A program made the position numbers and the translations under genes. Source: an uncultured virus (IMG/VR IMGVR_UViG_3300021960_000053) (taxonomy: Duplodnaviria > Heunggongvirae > Uroviricota > Caudoviricetes). From it: 64,000 nt of DNA. This document shows, piece by piece, positions 19,700 through 29,449 of the stretch. The notes under the pieces were generated by a model. It did not search any database. It was not told where the DNA came from and worked only from the letters and a program-made list of their open reading frames with translations. The stretch is taken from IMG/VR virus record IMGVR_UViG_3300021960_000053, positions 1-64,000 of that record. The stretch is one strand, 5' to 3'. The first letter of the stretch is position 1; the number at the start of each line of letters is the position of its first letter.

Positions 19700-19732
19700 A
19701 CCAGATATGTCCAATCTTTCTAGTATTTAGGA

Positions 19733-20377
19733 CTATATCTGTATCCATTTGGACGGAGAGGTAACAACATTTTCATACTGGTCGTCTACATTTTCTGTAG
19801 ATGTTACAAAAATATCGTACACAATAGATGCTCTAAACTGTTCACCATAAAAATCTGTGACTCCATGGAGCATAGAAGAAGGAAAGATGATTAAGTCTCC
19901 TACTTGAGGATCGATTTTATAATATGAGTATTCATCTCTCAAAGTTACAGGCATAGAATCTAAAACTCCAAGATTACTGAATGCTAGTTCTCCGCCTTCT
20001 CCTTCTGTTCTAAGATAATAAACAGCACTAAAGTGTGACCCTCTATGAGTGTGGTGAGAAGTTTTTCCCTCCTGAGAATTACAGACTGTAGTCCATGCCT
20101 TTTGAACAAAGATATTATATTCTAAATCAGAGATTTGACTTAGATAGTCTTTCATTGATTGTGAGATTACATAGTTCAACCAGTAAAACTCTTTATTGTG
20201 CTGAAGAAGAAAGAACTTTGGTATATCTTGATCTCCAGTTAGTCCACCGTAACCTTCAATATCTTTCTGGTTTTTGTAGTAAAACTCCTCAGCATATCTC
20301 ATCATACCTTCCATAATATTAGAAGGACAATCAAAATGAGTATGATAAATTGGAATTGAAAATAAGTTTTTGATCAT
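19733..20377 (-). CDS. 2OG-Fe(II) oxygenase (HxH, TIGR02466-like)
   Basis: HHTH, SAVYY, GDLIIFPSSMLHGV, RASIVY. Confidence 0.85.
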   Translation of the reverse strand: MIKNLFSIPIYHTHFDCPSNIMEGMMRYAEEFYYKNQKDIEGYGGLTGDQDIPKFFLLQHNKEFYWLNYVISQSMKDYLSQISDLEYNIFVQKAWTTVCNSQEGKTSHHTHRGSHFSAVYYLRTEGEGGELAFSNLGVLDSMPVTLRDEYSYYKIDPQVGDLIIFPSSMLHGVTDFYGEQFRASIVYDIFVTSTENVDDQYENVVTSPSKWIQI

Positions 20378-20379
20378 AA

Positions 20380-20466
20380 CGGAGAGTTAGGGATTTGAAC
20401 CCTAGATGAAGTTACCCCCATACAGCATTTCCAGTGCTGCTCCTTAAACCACTCGGACAACTCTCC
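20380..20466 (-). tRNA. tRNA-Ser(GGA)
   Basis: GGAGAGT.../ACTCTCC, CAGCA-CTGGAAA-TGCTG, long variable arm. Confidence 0.93.
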
Positions 20467-20468
20467 AA

Positions 20469-20540
20469 CTCCCCTGGCAAGATTCGAACTTGCGACCCAT
20501 TGATTAACAGTCAACTGCGCTACCGCTGCGCCACAGAGGA
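20469..20540 (-). tRNA. tRNA-Asn(GUU)
   Basis: TCCTCTG.../CAGGGGA, anticodon loop CTGTTAA. Confidence 0.93.
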
Positions 20541-20547
20541 ATGAAGG

Positions 20548-20619
20548 AGCCACATGTCAGATTCGAACTGACGACCTACCGCTTACAAGGCGGTTGCTCT
20601 ACCACTGAGCTAAAATGGC
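20548..20619 (-). tRNA. tRNA-Thr(UGU)
   Basis: ACCGC-CTTGTAA-GCGGT anticodon arm; one U-U mismatch in the acceptor stem. Confidence 0.9.
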
Positions 20620-20630
20620 GTGTGTGATAT

Positions 20631-21125
20631 TTATTTGTTGAAATAATCCTTTCGGTAGTATCTACCGAGGATATTACTATTGTAGTATGCAGGAGTGCCA
20701 TCTGTCAAGGCACTCGTCAACACATCATGAAGAAATAATTGACGAGTCTCCTCGTAGTTTACCCTTCCTGGGGTTCCGTGGAGAGAAAGAATTTCTCGTG
20801 AAAATCCATCCCTACCGCTTTGCCTAATATCTTCTTTAAGCTCTGGACAACTTCCGTAGTATTTCTTCCAGTCACTTTCAATCGTAACTCTTCTTTGTCT
20901 ATTACTACTGCTAGTTCTAGGCTTTCGTTTTGACCAGAAGTACTTCCTACCAATGTAGGATTTTCCCGTTGCATTATTTGTAATCCTGTAGACAAAACCG
21001 AAGTTGTCGCCAATGTCATCAGACTCAAAGTGGTGACCATCGTACATCCAAGGGTTAGGATAGGAGCATGAGCCAGAAGAAGCTCCCCCTTCGCCCTCAT
21101 TTTTTCTCTCAAGGTCGTCATTCAA
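20631..21125 (-). CDS. GIY-YIG family nuclease
   Basis: GFVYRITN...SYIGRK, YYGS, YYNSNI; start uncertain. Confidence 0.75.
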   Translation of the reverse strand: MNDDLERKNEGEGGASSGSCSYPNPWMYDGHHFESDDIGDNFGFVYRITNNATGKSYIGRKYFWSKRKPRTSSSNRQRRVTIESDWKKYYGSCPELKEDIRQSGRDGFSREILSLHGTPGRVNYEETRQLFLHDVLTSALTDGTPAYYNSNILGRYYRKDYFNK

Positions 21126-21182
21126 ATGAATTTCAAAGAACTCTAAGGTATATAGAAGATCTAGATCAACCCTAGCAAAGCG

Positions 21183-21211
21183 ATTCTACTCATAAAAAAG
21201 AATCTTGTCAA
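21183..21211 (-). promoter_or_regulatory. sigma70-type promoter TTGACA-N17-TAGAAT upstream of the nuclease/tRNA cluster
   Basis: Direct motif reading. Confidence 0.7.
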
Positions 21212-21774
21212 GCCATTGTAAATGTATTCATCCCAAGAGTGGGAGAAAACCATCCAGTTAAAATATATTTGTCACCCTTTAAAGGAGGATTACCCCTATG
21301 AAGATGGGTAAAAGAACCTGGCCAAATCACTGCCATGTTTTTCTTTGGTTTAATTCTAATTCTTTGGTATAAGAATTCAGTTTCTCCACCTTCTTCAACA
21401 TCATTTAGATAAATCATCCAAGCAACCATTCTGCTAACATCACTATATGACCCATCTTCGCAATGCCAAGTGTGATATCCTTCACTGGGAGAAGTTTTTT
21501 GAAGAAGTACAGTTCCCGTAAACCAATCTTTCCTACTTTTAAGATATGGAAATTCTTCAAGATAATTTGCAAATGCATTATTAATTAGAAAATTATTAAT
21601 GTCTTTTGCTAAAACAGGGTAAAAAGGATCAAGAGTAAACTGTTTATCTTGTAAGTGAGCCGTAACGCTCCTATGATCATAAACTATTTGATTGTTAACC
21701 CTATCTAAAAGAAATTCAATGCATTCTTCTGATAAAACATTTTCATAAGTTTTAATAAAATTTTGTTCTTCCAT
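21208..21774 (-). CDS. 2OG-Fe(II) oxygenase (prolyl-4-hydroxylase-like)
   Basis: WHCE, MIYLNDVEEGGETEF, HLHRGNPP, KYILTGW. Confidence 0.9.
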   Translation of the reverse strand: MEEQNFIKTYENVLSEECIEFLLDRVNNQIVYDHRSVTAHLQDKQFTLDPFYPVLAKDINNFLINNAFANYLEEFPYLKSRKDWFTGTVLLQKTSPSEGYHTWHCEDGSYSDVSRMVAWMIYLNDVEEGGETEFLYQRIRIKPKKNMAVIWPGSFTHLHRGNPPLKGDKYILTGWFSPTLGMNTFTMA

Positions 21775-21832
21775 AATTTTAAATAATTTATTTTTATCAA
21801 ATTGATAGGGTTGTCAACCCCCCTTTAGTATT

Positions 21833-23803
21833 TTACTTAGAAAGTCTTCTTAAATCGTAACCACCAAGTCTTCTGGTGTCATATCCAGGAGAAGAAACGG
21901 AAGAATTTGGTCGATTAGAATTTGTAGGTTTGTTGGTTGCAGGATCGGGTTTATTAGTAGGTCTTGATTGAGTACCAGAATTAGTAGGTTTTGATTGAGT
22001 ACCAGAATTAGTAGGTCTTGATTTAGTACCAGTTGGATTGGGACCATGTGAAAATTCAGGACCGCGAGCACCAGATCTATTTTCAGCAGCTCTTCTTCTA
22101 TCTCTGTAATCTTGAACTGGATCTTCACCCAGGAGCTCCTCTACGATGCTTTCGATCTGTTCAGCAGTCAGTTGCTCCATGATCGCCTCAGCGTGCTCTA
22201 CGCTGTCCATGAGACCGTTCTCATCAAGGTATGTTAGGATGATGTCATAGAGATTAAAATCATCCTTCATCCAACGGGGAACAGTGTCATCCTTTTTGGA
22301 TGCCATTTCTTTGCGAGCCTTTTCGTTGTTCTCATGACGCTTCTTCATATTTGTTTCCAAATACGAATCATCATCATCCTTTTCTTTTTTGTACTCGGGA
22401 TGATCGTCTACGCTATGCCCACGCTTCTTCTCAAGGCGTTCCTTTCTCTCTTCAGTTCCCTTCTCGGGATCTTTGTCGCGGATACCCTCCAATTGGAGTT
22501 CTTCACCTTGAAGCGCCTTCTTGCGTTGATGTAGTCTATCTACTAATGTACCACCATTACCCTGTCCAGATTCCGCTGCTTTCTTCTGCTTTGTCAGGTT
22601 CCTCACCAAACCAAGACCAGCGGCACCGATACCCAGTGCAGCACCAGCAGCAAGTGCAGGAGCGATCTCATCGATCTGTTCACCCTCTGCTTCGTAGTGT
22701 GCTTTAAGATCTCCAGGAGCTTTGATCTCTTTGGGTTTGCCAGTCTTGGGGTCGGTAATCATTTTGATTCTAGACTTGCCAGTGGCAGGATCTTCCCAAG
22801 GATTCAGAGTTCCTTTTACGGGAGGGAATCCTTCTACCAGTTCACCATCAACTTCATAAGAATTCTTAAGGGTACTACCAGGCATTCCATCCATCTGGGG
22901 ATTCCTACCCTTGTAAGTCATCTTAGACTTAGGAGGATTGGCACTCATCAGAGGATTAGGTGTCATGCCAGATCTTCTGCCATAGTTAGCACCAAAGTTT
23001 GCCTTGAACTTAGTTTGTCCAAGAGTCTCTGCTTCTCTGGTAGCAGCAGATGCTGCTTTAGTGTCTCCTGCATTTGCTGCAGACTTTGCCTTTGCCTGTA
23101 GTGCCTTGTAGTCAGCGTTAGGGTCGGGTTTAGGTGCAACAGGTTTAGCAGCAACAGGTTGTTTAACAGGTTGTTTAACAGGTTGTTTAACAGGAGCAAA
23201 TGGATCTTCTCTTGGTTTATCCGCCTTTGGAATAGTTACCTTAGTAGGTTCTACTTTAGCAGCAGGTCTTGGTGGTGTATAAGGTTCAGCAACTCTGGGG
23301 AGTGGTCCCACACCAGTTTTTTGTGCTTGTTTATCCAAGAAAGGTTTCAGGTTAATTTCTTTAGCCTTTTTAGGGTTGTTGTTTAACCAGCTACTAAGAT
23401 CAACAAATTCTGCGATTGCTCTGGCTTGCTTCTTCTCAGCGGTGTGAAGGTCCTCATAGATGCGAGGGTTAACTGCCTGCAGGGCAGCACGGAACTCGTG
23501 CCCTACAACCTCTTTGGGGAGTGCTTCGATGATGTTATCCAGGAGTCTGCTGCTCTCGTATCCTTCGCCAATCAGAACTTCAGCAATGGCACGATACTGT
23601 TCAGCATAGACAGGGTTCATTGCCTGCAGTCTCTTCAGGTAGAAGGACTCGCATGTGCATTTGTCTACTTTCTTTTTATCGACTTTCTTCCCTTCGGGAT
23701 TGTCGTCTTTTCTATTCCAGTCCTTAACTTCTTCCTCGGACTTCTTGCCTTCGGCAATCCGAGAATAAGCTTCAGCGAGGTTGTTGATATGAGAGGGAAG
23801 CAT
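21833..23803 (-). CDS. Large low-complexity late protein, probable internal head protein
   Basis: TATAAATA at 23830-23837 upstream; Lys/Glu/Pro-rich; several L/I-x-E sites. Confidence 0.6.
   Translation of the reverse strand: MLPSHINNLAEAYSRIAEGKKSEEEVKDWNRKDDNPEGKKVDKKKVDKCTCESFYLKRLQAMNPVYAEQYRAIAEVLIGEGYESSRLLDNIIEALPKEVVGHEFRAALQAVNPRIYEDLHTAEKKQARAIAEFVDLSSWLNNNPKKAKEINLKPFLDKQAQKTGVGPLPRVAEPYTPPRPAAKVEPTKVTIPKADKPREDPFAPVKQPVKQPVKQPVAAKPVAPKPDPNADYKALQAKAKSAANAGDTKAASAATREAETLGQTKFKANFGANYGRRSGMTPNPLMSANPPKSKMTYKGRNPQMDGMPGSTLKNSYEVDGELVEGFPPVKGTLNPWEDPATGKSRIKMITDPKTGKPKEIKAPGDLKAHYEAEGEQIDEIAPALAAGAALGIGAAGLGLVRNLTKQKKAAESGQGNGGTLVDRLHQRKKALQGEELQLEGIRDKDPEKGTEERKERLEKKRGHSVDDHPEYKKEKDDDDSYLETNMKKRHENNEKARKEMASKKDDTVPRWMKDDFNLYDIILTYLDENGLMDSVEHAEAIMEQLTAEQIESIVEELLGEDPVQDYRDRRRAAENRSGARGPEFSHGPNPTGTKSRPTNSGTQSKPTNSGTQSRPTNKPDPATNKPTNSNRPNSSVSSPGYDTRRLGGYDLRRLSK
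21953..22032. repeat. 27-bp tandem repeat x3 (encodes SGTQSRPTN)
   Basis: attagtaggt(c/t)ttgatt(g/t)agtaccaga units. Confidence 0.9.
23153..23194. repeat. 12-bp tandem repeat x3.5 (encodes PVKQ)
   Basis: aacaggttgttt units. Confidence 0.9.
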
Positions 23804-23844
23804 CTTACTTAGACAGACTCCAGTAGAAGTATTTATATCCATGC

Positions 23845-23884
23845 AAAAAGAAGACCTCCCTGATAGTTGCCAGGGAAGTCTTCT
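23845..23884 (-). terminator. Rho-independent terminator
   Basis: AGAAGACTTCCCTG-GCAACTAT-CAGGGAGGTCTTCT-TTTT. Confidence 0.8.
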
Positions 23885-23903
23885 GCGCCGACGATATTCA
23901 GTT

Positions 23904-24041
23904 CTATTTAGAATACTTAAACTTCATTGCCTGCATCATCCATGCCTGGGAGAGAGACTTTGGTCCTTCTTTGAGGACCTTAAGCACTCTCTCATCAGTC
24001 TCAGATTGCAATGCTTTTGTTTTCCAATCAGAGTTTGCCAC
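23904..24041 (-). CDS. Hypothetical protein, 45 aa (GTG start; ...VLKEGPKSLSQAWMMQAMK...)
   Basis: Manual ORF tiling the gap. Confidence 0.6.
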   Translation of the reverse strand: MANSDWKTKALQSETDERVLKVLKEGPKSLSQAWMMQAMKFKYSK

Positions 24042-24243
24042 CGACTACACCTTCATGTTTTGTAGATTCAACACCATCCCAACCATCCTGTAGTCCCTTC
24101 AAATAAAAACGAGTCATTCTAATGACAACATCTTTATCTAATCCAGTAACTAATCCTTTACCATCCTTGTTAAAGGACTCCCAAGACTTCCACTTCTTTT
24201 GCTCAACACGAAAGCAATCATCGATCCACTCATATTCAATCAT
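24028..24243 (-). CDS. Hypothetical protein
   Basis: 71-aa ORF ending EGVVGGKL. Confidence 0.7.
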   Translation of the reverse strand: MIEYEWIDDCFRVEQKKWKSWESFNKDGKGLVTGLDKDVVIRMTRFYLKGLQDGWDGVESTKHEGVVGGKL

Positions 24244-24326
24244 AGTTTATTATTTTTAATTGGCCAAGTTAATTCCAGTGTTGTTGTCAACAAAAGAATG
24301 AATGCAAAAACAAATAAATGTGCCAT
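24240..24326 (-). CDS. 28-aa hydrophobic peptide (MAHLFVFAFILLLTTTLELTWPIKNNKL)
   Basis: Manual ORF; start and stop overlap both neighbours. Confidence 0.5.
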   Translation of the reverse strand: MAHLFVFAFILLLTTTLELTWPIKNNKL

Positions 24327-25024
24327 CACATGAAAAATGTTTTAAAAACGCTGACAGATTTTGAAGCATACATGAAATAATAAAGTGATAAATCCTCTTC
24401 GGATAAATTAGGAAGAGGTAGATCAAATCTAGATTTCAATTCATTATACACCAACAAATTAGAAACATACATTCCTACTTGTTGAGATCTAATATTGGAA
24501 CCTCTAGCAATGATTTGTTCTAAGGTCCAGAACCATAAAGTATCGCATTCAATTTTTTCACAAATTTTCGAAGTATTTTGTAGCAGCAGATATTCATTTC
24601 TGCACTCTTCTTCGTAATGATCTAGAAGTAAAGTATCACACTTACCTTCATAATCATGTACATCAGAATGGATCACTTCAACATTATCAAAAAAAGAAGG
24701 ATTGATATATCTATGATATTCAATGACTTCTTTATTTTTTTCAATAACTGTTACCTTAGTAACCTCTTTTTTATTTAAGATCCAGTTCTCTCTTACCCCC
24801 AGACCCAAACCAGTACATATACAATGTCCTTTTGCTAGATCATAATGCGAATATAATTCAAAGGCTTGATCATGATCTTTATTTCTATAAGACATCCACT
24901 CCTCACCATTTAAAGAGAGTTGGAAACAGTCATCGATAGAATTATATGTAACTTCGAATCCATCCCTCTTGTATGGTTTTAATTTTGGGGGAGTATAATT
25001 TAATTGGTTGAGAAGACGAATCAT
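24326..25024 (-). CDS. Class I SAM-binding protein (methyltransferase/spermidine-synthase-like)
   Basis: WMS, CTGLGLG, VTVIE, LLLD motifs. Confidence 0.6.
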   Translation of the reverse strand: MIRLLNQLNYTPPKLKPYKRDGFEVTYNSIDDCFQLSLNGEEWMSYRNKDHDQAFELYSHYDLAKGHCICTGLGLGVRENWILNKKEVTKVTVIEKNKEVIEYHRYINPSFFDNVEVIHSDVHDYEGKCDTLLLDHYEEECRNEYLLLQNTSKICEKIECDTLWFWTLEQIIARGSNIRSQQVGMYVSNLLVYNELKSRFDLPLPNLSEEDLSLYYFMYASKSVSVFKTFFM

Positions 25025-25027
25025 GAA

Positions 25028-26209
25028 CTACAATTGAAATCCTGCAAAAGTGTCTTTCTCGACATCTTGTTTGATGCCACCGACAATATAGGACTCGACT
25101 TCGGTCTCTTGGGGAGCAACCTGAAGACCTTTGGAGGAGATCCAGTGTTGTGTCCAGGGGAGAGGATTATTTTTGGCAGAGATATCATAAAGAGGTTTCA
25201 TCCCAATGGCTTTCATACGACGATTGGCGATCCATTCGACATACTGGCACAGAAGTTTTTCATTCAGACCAATCATGGATCCATCTTTGAACAAATATTC
25301 CGCCCACTGCTTCTCCTGATTAACTGCATGCTGGAAGGTTTGAATCAACCAGGATTCTTCCTCCTTAGCAATTTGCTGCATGTCTGGGTCATCGCCCTCA
25401 ATCCATTTGTTGATGATGTTTTGAGTAATGACAAGGTGCTGATTTTCGTCTCTTGCGATGAGAGAGATAATTTTAGCGGATCCTTCCATAAGCTTGAGTT
25501 CACCAAACGCAAACGAGCAAGCGAACGAGACATAAAACCTGATGCCTTCGAGAATGTTGACATTGGCTACAGCACGGAAAAGTTTTCTCTTAAGTTCATA
25601 ACGATTTTCTTTGAAGGTGCCTGCACCTTCTTGTGCATACTTCCAGTCATCACTAACACCATACTGCTGTGCAGCATTAATGAAGTCATCATATGCCTGG
25701 GTGATAGCACTTGCCCTCTCAAGAATTCTCTGGTCCTCAATAATAGTATCAAAGACTTCTGAAGGGTCACTGTAAACATTTTTGATGATGTATGTGTATG
25801 AGCGACTATGGATCATTTCCATAAACTGCCACACATTCATACATGCTTCCAATTCAGGAAGGGAACAGTATGGAGTAAACGCCATACCAGGACCACGACC
25901 CTGAATAGAGTCTAGCATAACCTGATACTTTAGGTTGCTAGTAAAGATATGTTTTTGTTCTGGACGAAGTGTATGATAGTCAGAACGATCTTTTTGTAGG
26001 GAAACCTCCTCTGGTCTCCAAAAATAACCCAACTGTTGCTGGGTCAATTTGTCAAAGATAGGATACTTGTATGAATCGTATCTCTGAATGCTAAGGGGAG
26101 ATCCAAAAAACATTGGTTGTTTTTTAGGATCTGTGGCGTTTGTGTTGAATACAGTCATTCCTTCAATAACTGTTTCTTTTTCTTTAGTCCTAAATTGCAC
26201 AGGCGTCAC
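25028..26209 (-). CDS. nrdB: Ribonucleotide reductase class Ia beta subunit
   Basis: FWRPEE, EMIHSRSY, LEGIRFYVSF, RDENQH. Confidence 0.97.
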   Translation of the reverse strand: MTPVQFRTKEKETVIEGMTVFNTNATDPKKQPMFFGSPLSIQRYDSYKYPIFDKLTQQQLGYFWRPEEVSLQKDRSDYHTLRPEQKHIFTSNLKYQVMLDSIQGRGPGMAFTPYCSLPELEACMNVWQFMEMIHSRSYTYIIKNVYSDPSEVFDTIIEDQRILERASAITQAYDDFINAAQQYGVSDDWKYAQEGAGTFKENRYELKRKLFRAVANVNILEGIRFYVSFACSFAFGELKLMEGSAKIISLIARDENQHLVITQNIINKWIEGDDPDMQQIAKEEESWLIQTFQHAVNQEKQWAEYLFKDGSMIGLNEKLLCQYVEWIANRRMKAIGMKPLYDISAKNNPLPWTQHWISSKGLQVAPQETEVESYIVGGIKQDVEKDTFAGFQL

Positions 26210-28484
26210 ACTCCTCTTGCTTGCTAAGATTATTGAGTAGGTTTTCTAGAACCGATTCTGTTTTTTGATCTTCTACTTCATCCGTTTTGTTGTCGTAAGT
26301 ATTTTGGTAGTAGGATGTCTTCCACCCGTACTTATATGTAGTCAGAAGATCATTTGCCATGACAGAGACTGGCACTTCATTATCACTATAGTTCTCAGGA
26401 TTGTAACTCCAGTTTCCAGAGATTGCCTGGTCAAAGAACTTTTGCATCAAGGCAACAATCTTGATATAACCTTCATTCGACGGCATATCCCAAAGAAGCG
26501 TGTAGTGATGTTTGAGAGAATTGTATTGGGGGACAATCTGCTTAAGAGGTCCTTTCTTGGACTTCTTAGTGGACAGGAATCCACGAGGAGGTTCGATTCC
26601 ATTGGTAGCGTTTGACACAACGGAACTGCTCTCCGAAGGCATTTGTGCGGACAAAGTGCTGTTCCTGAGTCCGTAGGATACGATAGATTCTCTAAGAGCC
26701 TCCCAATCATAGTTTAACTTATGCGGTACGATTCCGTCAACATCCTTCTTGTATGTATCAATCGGAAGAATACCTGAAGAATACTTGGTACGATCAAAGT
26801 AACCGCAAGGTCCAAGTTCCTTAGCAAGTTGATTGGATGCCTTTAGCAGATAATACTGAAACGCCTCTGTAAGGTCGTGTACGAGTTGATGTGCCTCTTG
26901 ATCATTATAACCCACCCGATGCTTCGCAAGGTAGTGTGCAAGACCAATATAACCCACACCCAGAGAACGACGATTCTTGGTGCCTACCTCTGCTGCCTTA
27001 ACGGGATATCCTTGGAAATCGATAAGGGCATCCAGACCACGCACAGAGAGGTCACAGAGTTCTTCCAGTTCGTCCAGGTGACGAATCTTACCGACATTGA
27101 TAGCAGACAGAATGCACAGAGCAATCTCACCTTCACCATCAATGTGCTGAAGAGGTTTGGTAGGCAGAGTAATCTCTTGGCAGAGGTTGCTCATCTCAAC
27201 CTTATCCTTGAAGGAAGAGTGAGAGTTACAGTGGTCGATGTTCATAATGTACAGACGACCAGTCTCTGCTCTCTCTTTCAGCAGATTCAGGAAAAGTTCT
27301 TGTGCTGAAACAGACTGTCTTGGAATAGACTTATCTGATTCATAACCCACATAAAGCTCGTCAAATCTATCAGTACCAAAAGCATCATACAGACCAGGAA
27401 CATCGTGCGGACTGAAGAGGGAAATTGACTCGTTCTTGATGAAACGCTCATAGAAGAGTTTGGTGATTTGAATACTGTAGTCTAAACGACGAACACGGTT
27501 ATCTTCGGTTCCTTTATTATTTTTTAGTACGATGATGTCTTGGATTTCTTTGTGCCAGATTGGGAAGTGGACAGTCGCTGATCCACCTCTGATGCCATTT
27601 TGAGTGCAGCATCTGACAGTTGCTTCAAACTTTTTGAGGAAAGGGACAACGCCTGTGTGCTGAACTTCTCCGCCTCTGATTTTGCTGTTGATGCCACGGA
27701 TTCTACCCGCGTTGATACCGATTCCCGCCCTTTGTGCAACATATCTGCCAATAGCCATATCGCTAGTAAAGATACTATCGAGGGTGTCATCAACATCAAC
27801 AAGCACACAGCTAGCGAATTGTCGAAGTGGAGTTCTAACTCCCGCCATGATAGGTGTGGGAATGTTGATTTTGTGCTTCGATGTTGCGTCGTAGTACCGC
27901 TTGACATAATCGAGTCTCGTTTCTTTGGGATACTCTGCAAAGATCGTAGCAGCGATCATCAAGTACATAAACTGGGGAGTCTCATAGACATCTCCAGTGC
28001 TACGATCCTGAACGAGATATTTATCGGCTACCTGACGAAGACCAGCATAGGTGAACAGCATGTCACGCTCATGGTCAATATATCCATTCAGTTTTTCCCA
28101 CTCTTCAGCAGAATATTTTACTACGATCTCTGCGTCATAGACGCCTCTCTTCACACAATTCTCAACATGCTGTTGCAGAGTAGGGCACTCATGCATACGA
28201 CCCCACAGTTGCTTCCTCAGAGCAAACAGAAGAAGTCTAGCAGCAACGAACTGATAGTTCGGATTCTCAAGGTCAATCAGGTCACTAGCACTACGAATCA
28301 AGATCTCCTGAATCTCAGCAGTGGTAACACCATCATAAAACTGAATGCCAGAATTGATTTCAATCTGAGAGGCAGAGACGCCCGCAAGATCTTTACATGC
28401 CTCATCAACCATCTTGTGCATCTTGTTTAGATCAAGCGATTCCAATTCGCCAGATCTTTTACGAACTTTAGTCCCGTTGCTCAT
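26190..28484 (-). CDS. nrdA: Ribonucleotide reductase class Ia alpha subunit
   Basis: ATP cone, QFASCV, SNLCQEI, C-terminal CDAC. Confidence 0.98.
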   Translation of the reverse strand: MSNGTKVRKRSGELESLDLNKMHKMVDEACKDLAGVSASQIEINSGIQFYDGVTTAEIQEILIRSASDLIDLENPNYQFVAARLLLFALRKQLWGRMHECPTLQQHVENCVKRGVYDAEIVVKYSAEEWEKLNGYIDHERDMLFTYAGLRQVADKYLVQDRSTGDVYETPQFMYLMIAATIFAEYPKETRLDYVKRYYDATSKHKINIPTPIMAGVRTPLRQFASCVLVDVDDTLDSIFTSDMAIGRYVAQRAGIGINAGRIRGINSKIRGGEVQHTGVVPFLKKFEATVRCCTQNGIRGGSATVHFPIWHKEIQDIIVLKNNKGTEDNRVRRLDYSIQITKLFYERFIKNESISLFSPHDVPGLYDAFGTDRFDELYVGYESDKSIPRQSVSAQELFLNLLKERAETGRLYIMNIDHCNSHSSFKDKVEMSNLCQEITLPTKPLQHIDGEGEIALCILSAINVGKIRHLDELEELCDLSVRGLDALIDFQGYPVKAAEVGTKNRRSLGVGYIGLAHYLAKHRVGYNDQEAHQLVHDLTEAFQYYLLKASNQLAKELGPCGYFDRTKYSSGILPIDTYKKDVDGIVPHKLNYDWEALRESIVSYGLRNSTLSAQMPSESSSVVSNATNGIEPPRGFLSTKKSKKGPLKQIVPQYNSLKHHYTLLWDMPSNEGYIKIVALMQKFFDQAISGNWSYNPENYSDNEVPVSVMANDLLTTYKYGWKTSYYQNTYDNKTDEVEDQKTESVLENLLNNLSKQEECDACAI

Positions 28485-29449
28485 ACCTTTTTCCACTCTG
28501 TAAATTTAACTTTTGCTTCTAGACCTGAGTATGTATTTAATTTTAACACATCCATAACATTGTGTCCAGCGAGGACCATATCATTGATGTCCTTCTCTAC
28601 GATTCCACTTGGCCAGATGATGACTCTCTCGCCTCTTGATATGCATTTGTCAATGCGATCGACGATCTCTCGATTACGGGGTTCATTATCGTAAACAAAA
28701 ACGAGATCATTTCCTTCAAGACAACGAAGGTTACCGTCAGCACCACACAGAGCCACACTATTGTTGACGAAAGTGCTGTCAAAGGGTCCTTCGACCACAT
28801 AGATAGGTAATTTTGTATCGACTCCATCATATCCATAAATCTTTGGTGCATTGTCATCCAACATCACGGTGATATATTTAACACGGTTAGGACCTATAGC
28901 CCTTCCCTGAAAACCGATTAGGTTTTGATTATAAAACAAAGGAATAATTATCCTAGATTCTTCATGAGAAGTGCTTGTGAATACCTCTTGAAAGGTATTA
29001 GCAAAGGACTTGAACTTCTCAGCGAAGTAAAACTTGGACGGATCAATCCTCCGTCCTTCCAGATACTTTTTTGCAGTGTCAACCTCACTGCAGAGAGGGA
29101 GATCTAACTTTGCAATGAACTTTGGTTTCTCAAAAACAAACTCGGGTTCATCAACAACAAAGTTTCTGCCCGTATGTCCTTCCTTGAACTTCTCGATAGA
29201 ATACTTCTTATGCAGAGTAGAGTCTAACTTCTTCAAGAAGTTGTTGAGTGACATCGAAGCACCACAGTTATGGCACTTAAAATTGGTGTTGTTCTTTACT
29301 GAATAGATATACCCACGCGCTTTGTTCTTGTACCGCTGGGAATCTCCACAGATAGGGCAACGAAAATTATAAAGATCTGCCTTTACTCTTTTAAACTTCT
29401 GAAGTCTAGCAGAGACAAGACCGATGTACTTGGAATCAATTAGGTCCAT
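28481..29449 (-). CDS. gp61: DNA primase (T4 gp61)
   Basis: CPICGDS...CHNC Zn finger, VEGPFD, YDNE Toprim. Confidence 0.95.
   Translation of the reverse strand: MDLIDSKYIGLVSARLQKFKRVKADLYNFRCPICGDSQRYKNKARGYIYSVKNNTNFKCHNCGASMSLNNFLKKLDSTLHKKYSIEKFKEGHTGRNFVVDEPEFVFEKPKFIAKLDLPLCSEVDTAKKYLEGRRIDPSKFYFAEKFKSFANTFQEVFTSTSHEESRIIIPLFYNQNLIGFQGRAIGPNRVKYITVMLDDNAPKIYGYDGVDTKLPIYVVEGPFDSTFVNNSVALCGADGNLRCLEGNDLVFVYDNEPRNREIVDRIDKCISRGERVIIWPSGIVEKDINDMVLAGHNVMDVLKLNTYSGLEAKVKFTEWKKV

Noticed and set aside
20759..21121. 120-aa ORF overlapping the GIY-YIG gene
   Set aside because: The other frame carries the nuclease motifs; this one has none.
21953..23194. Tandem repeats as a possible CRISPR or mini-array
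   Set aside because: No spacers; units are in-frame multiples of 3 encoding low-complexity linkers.
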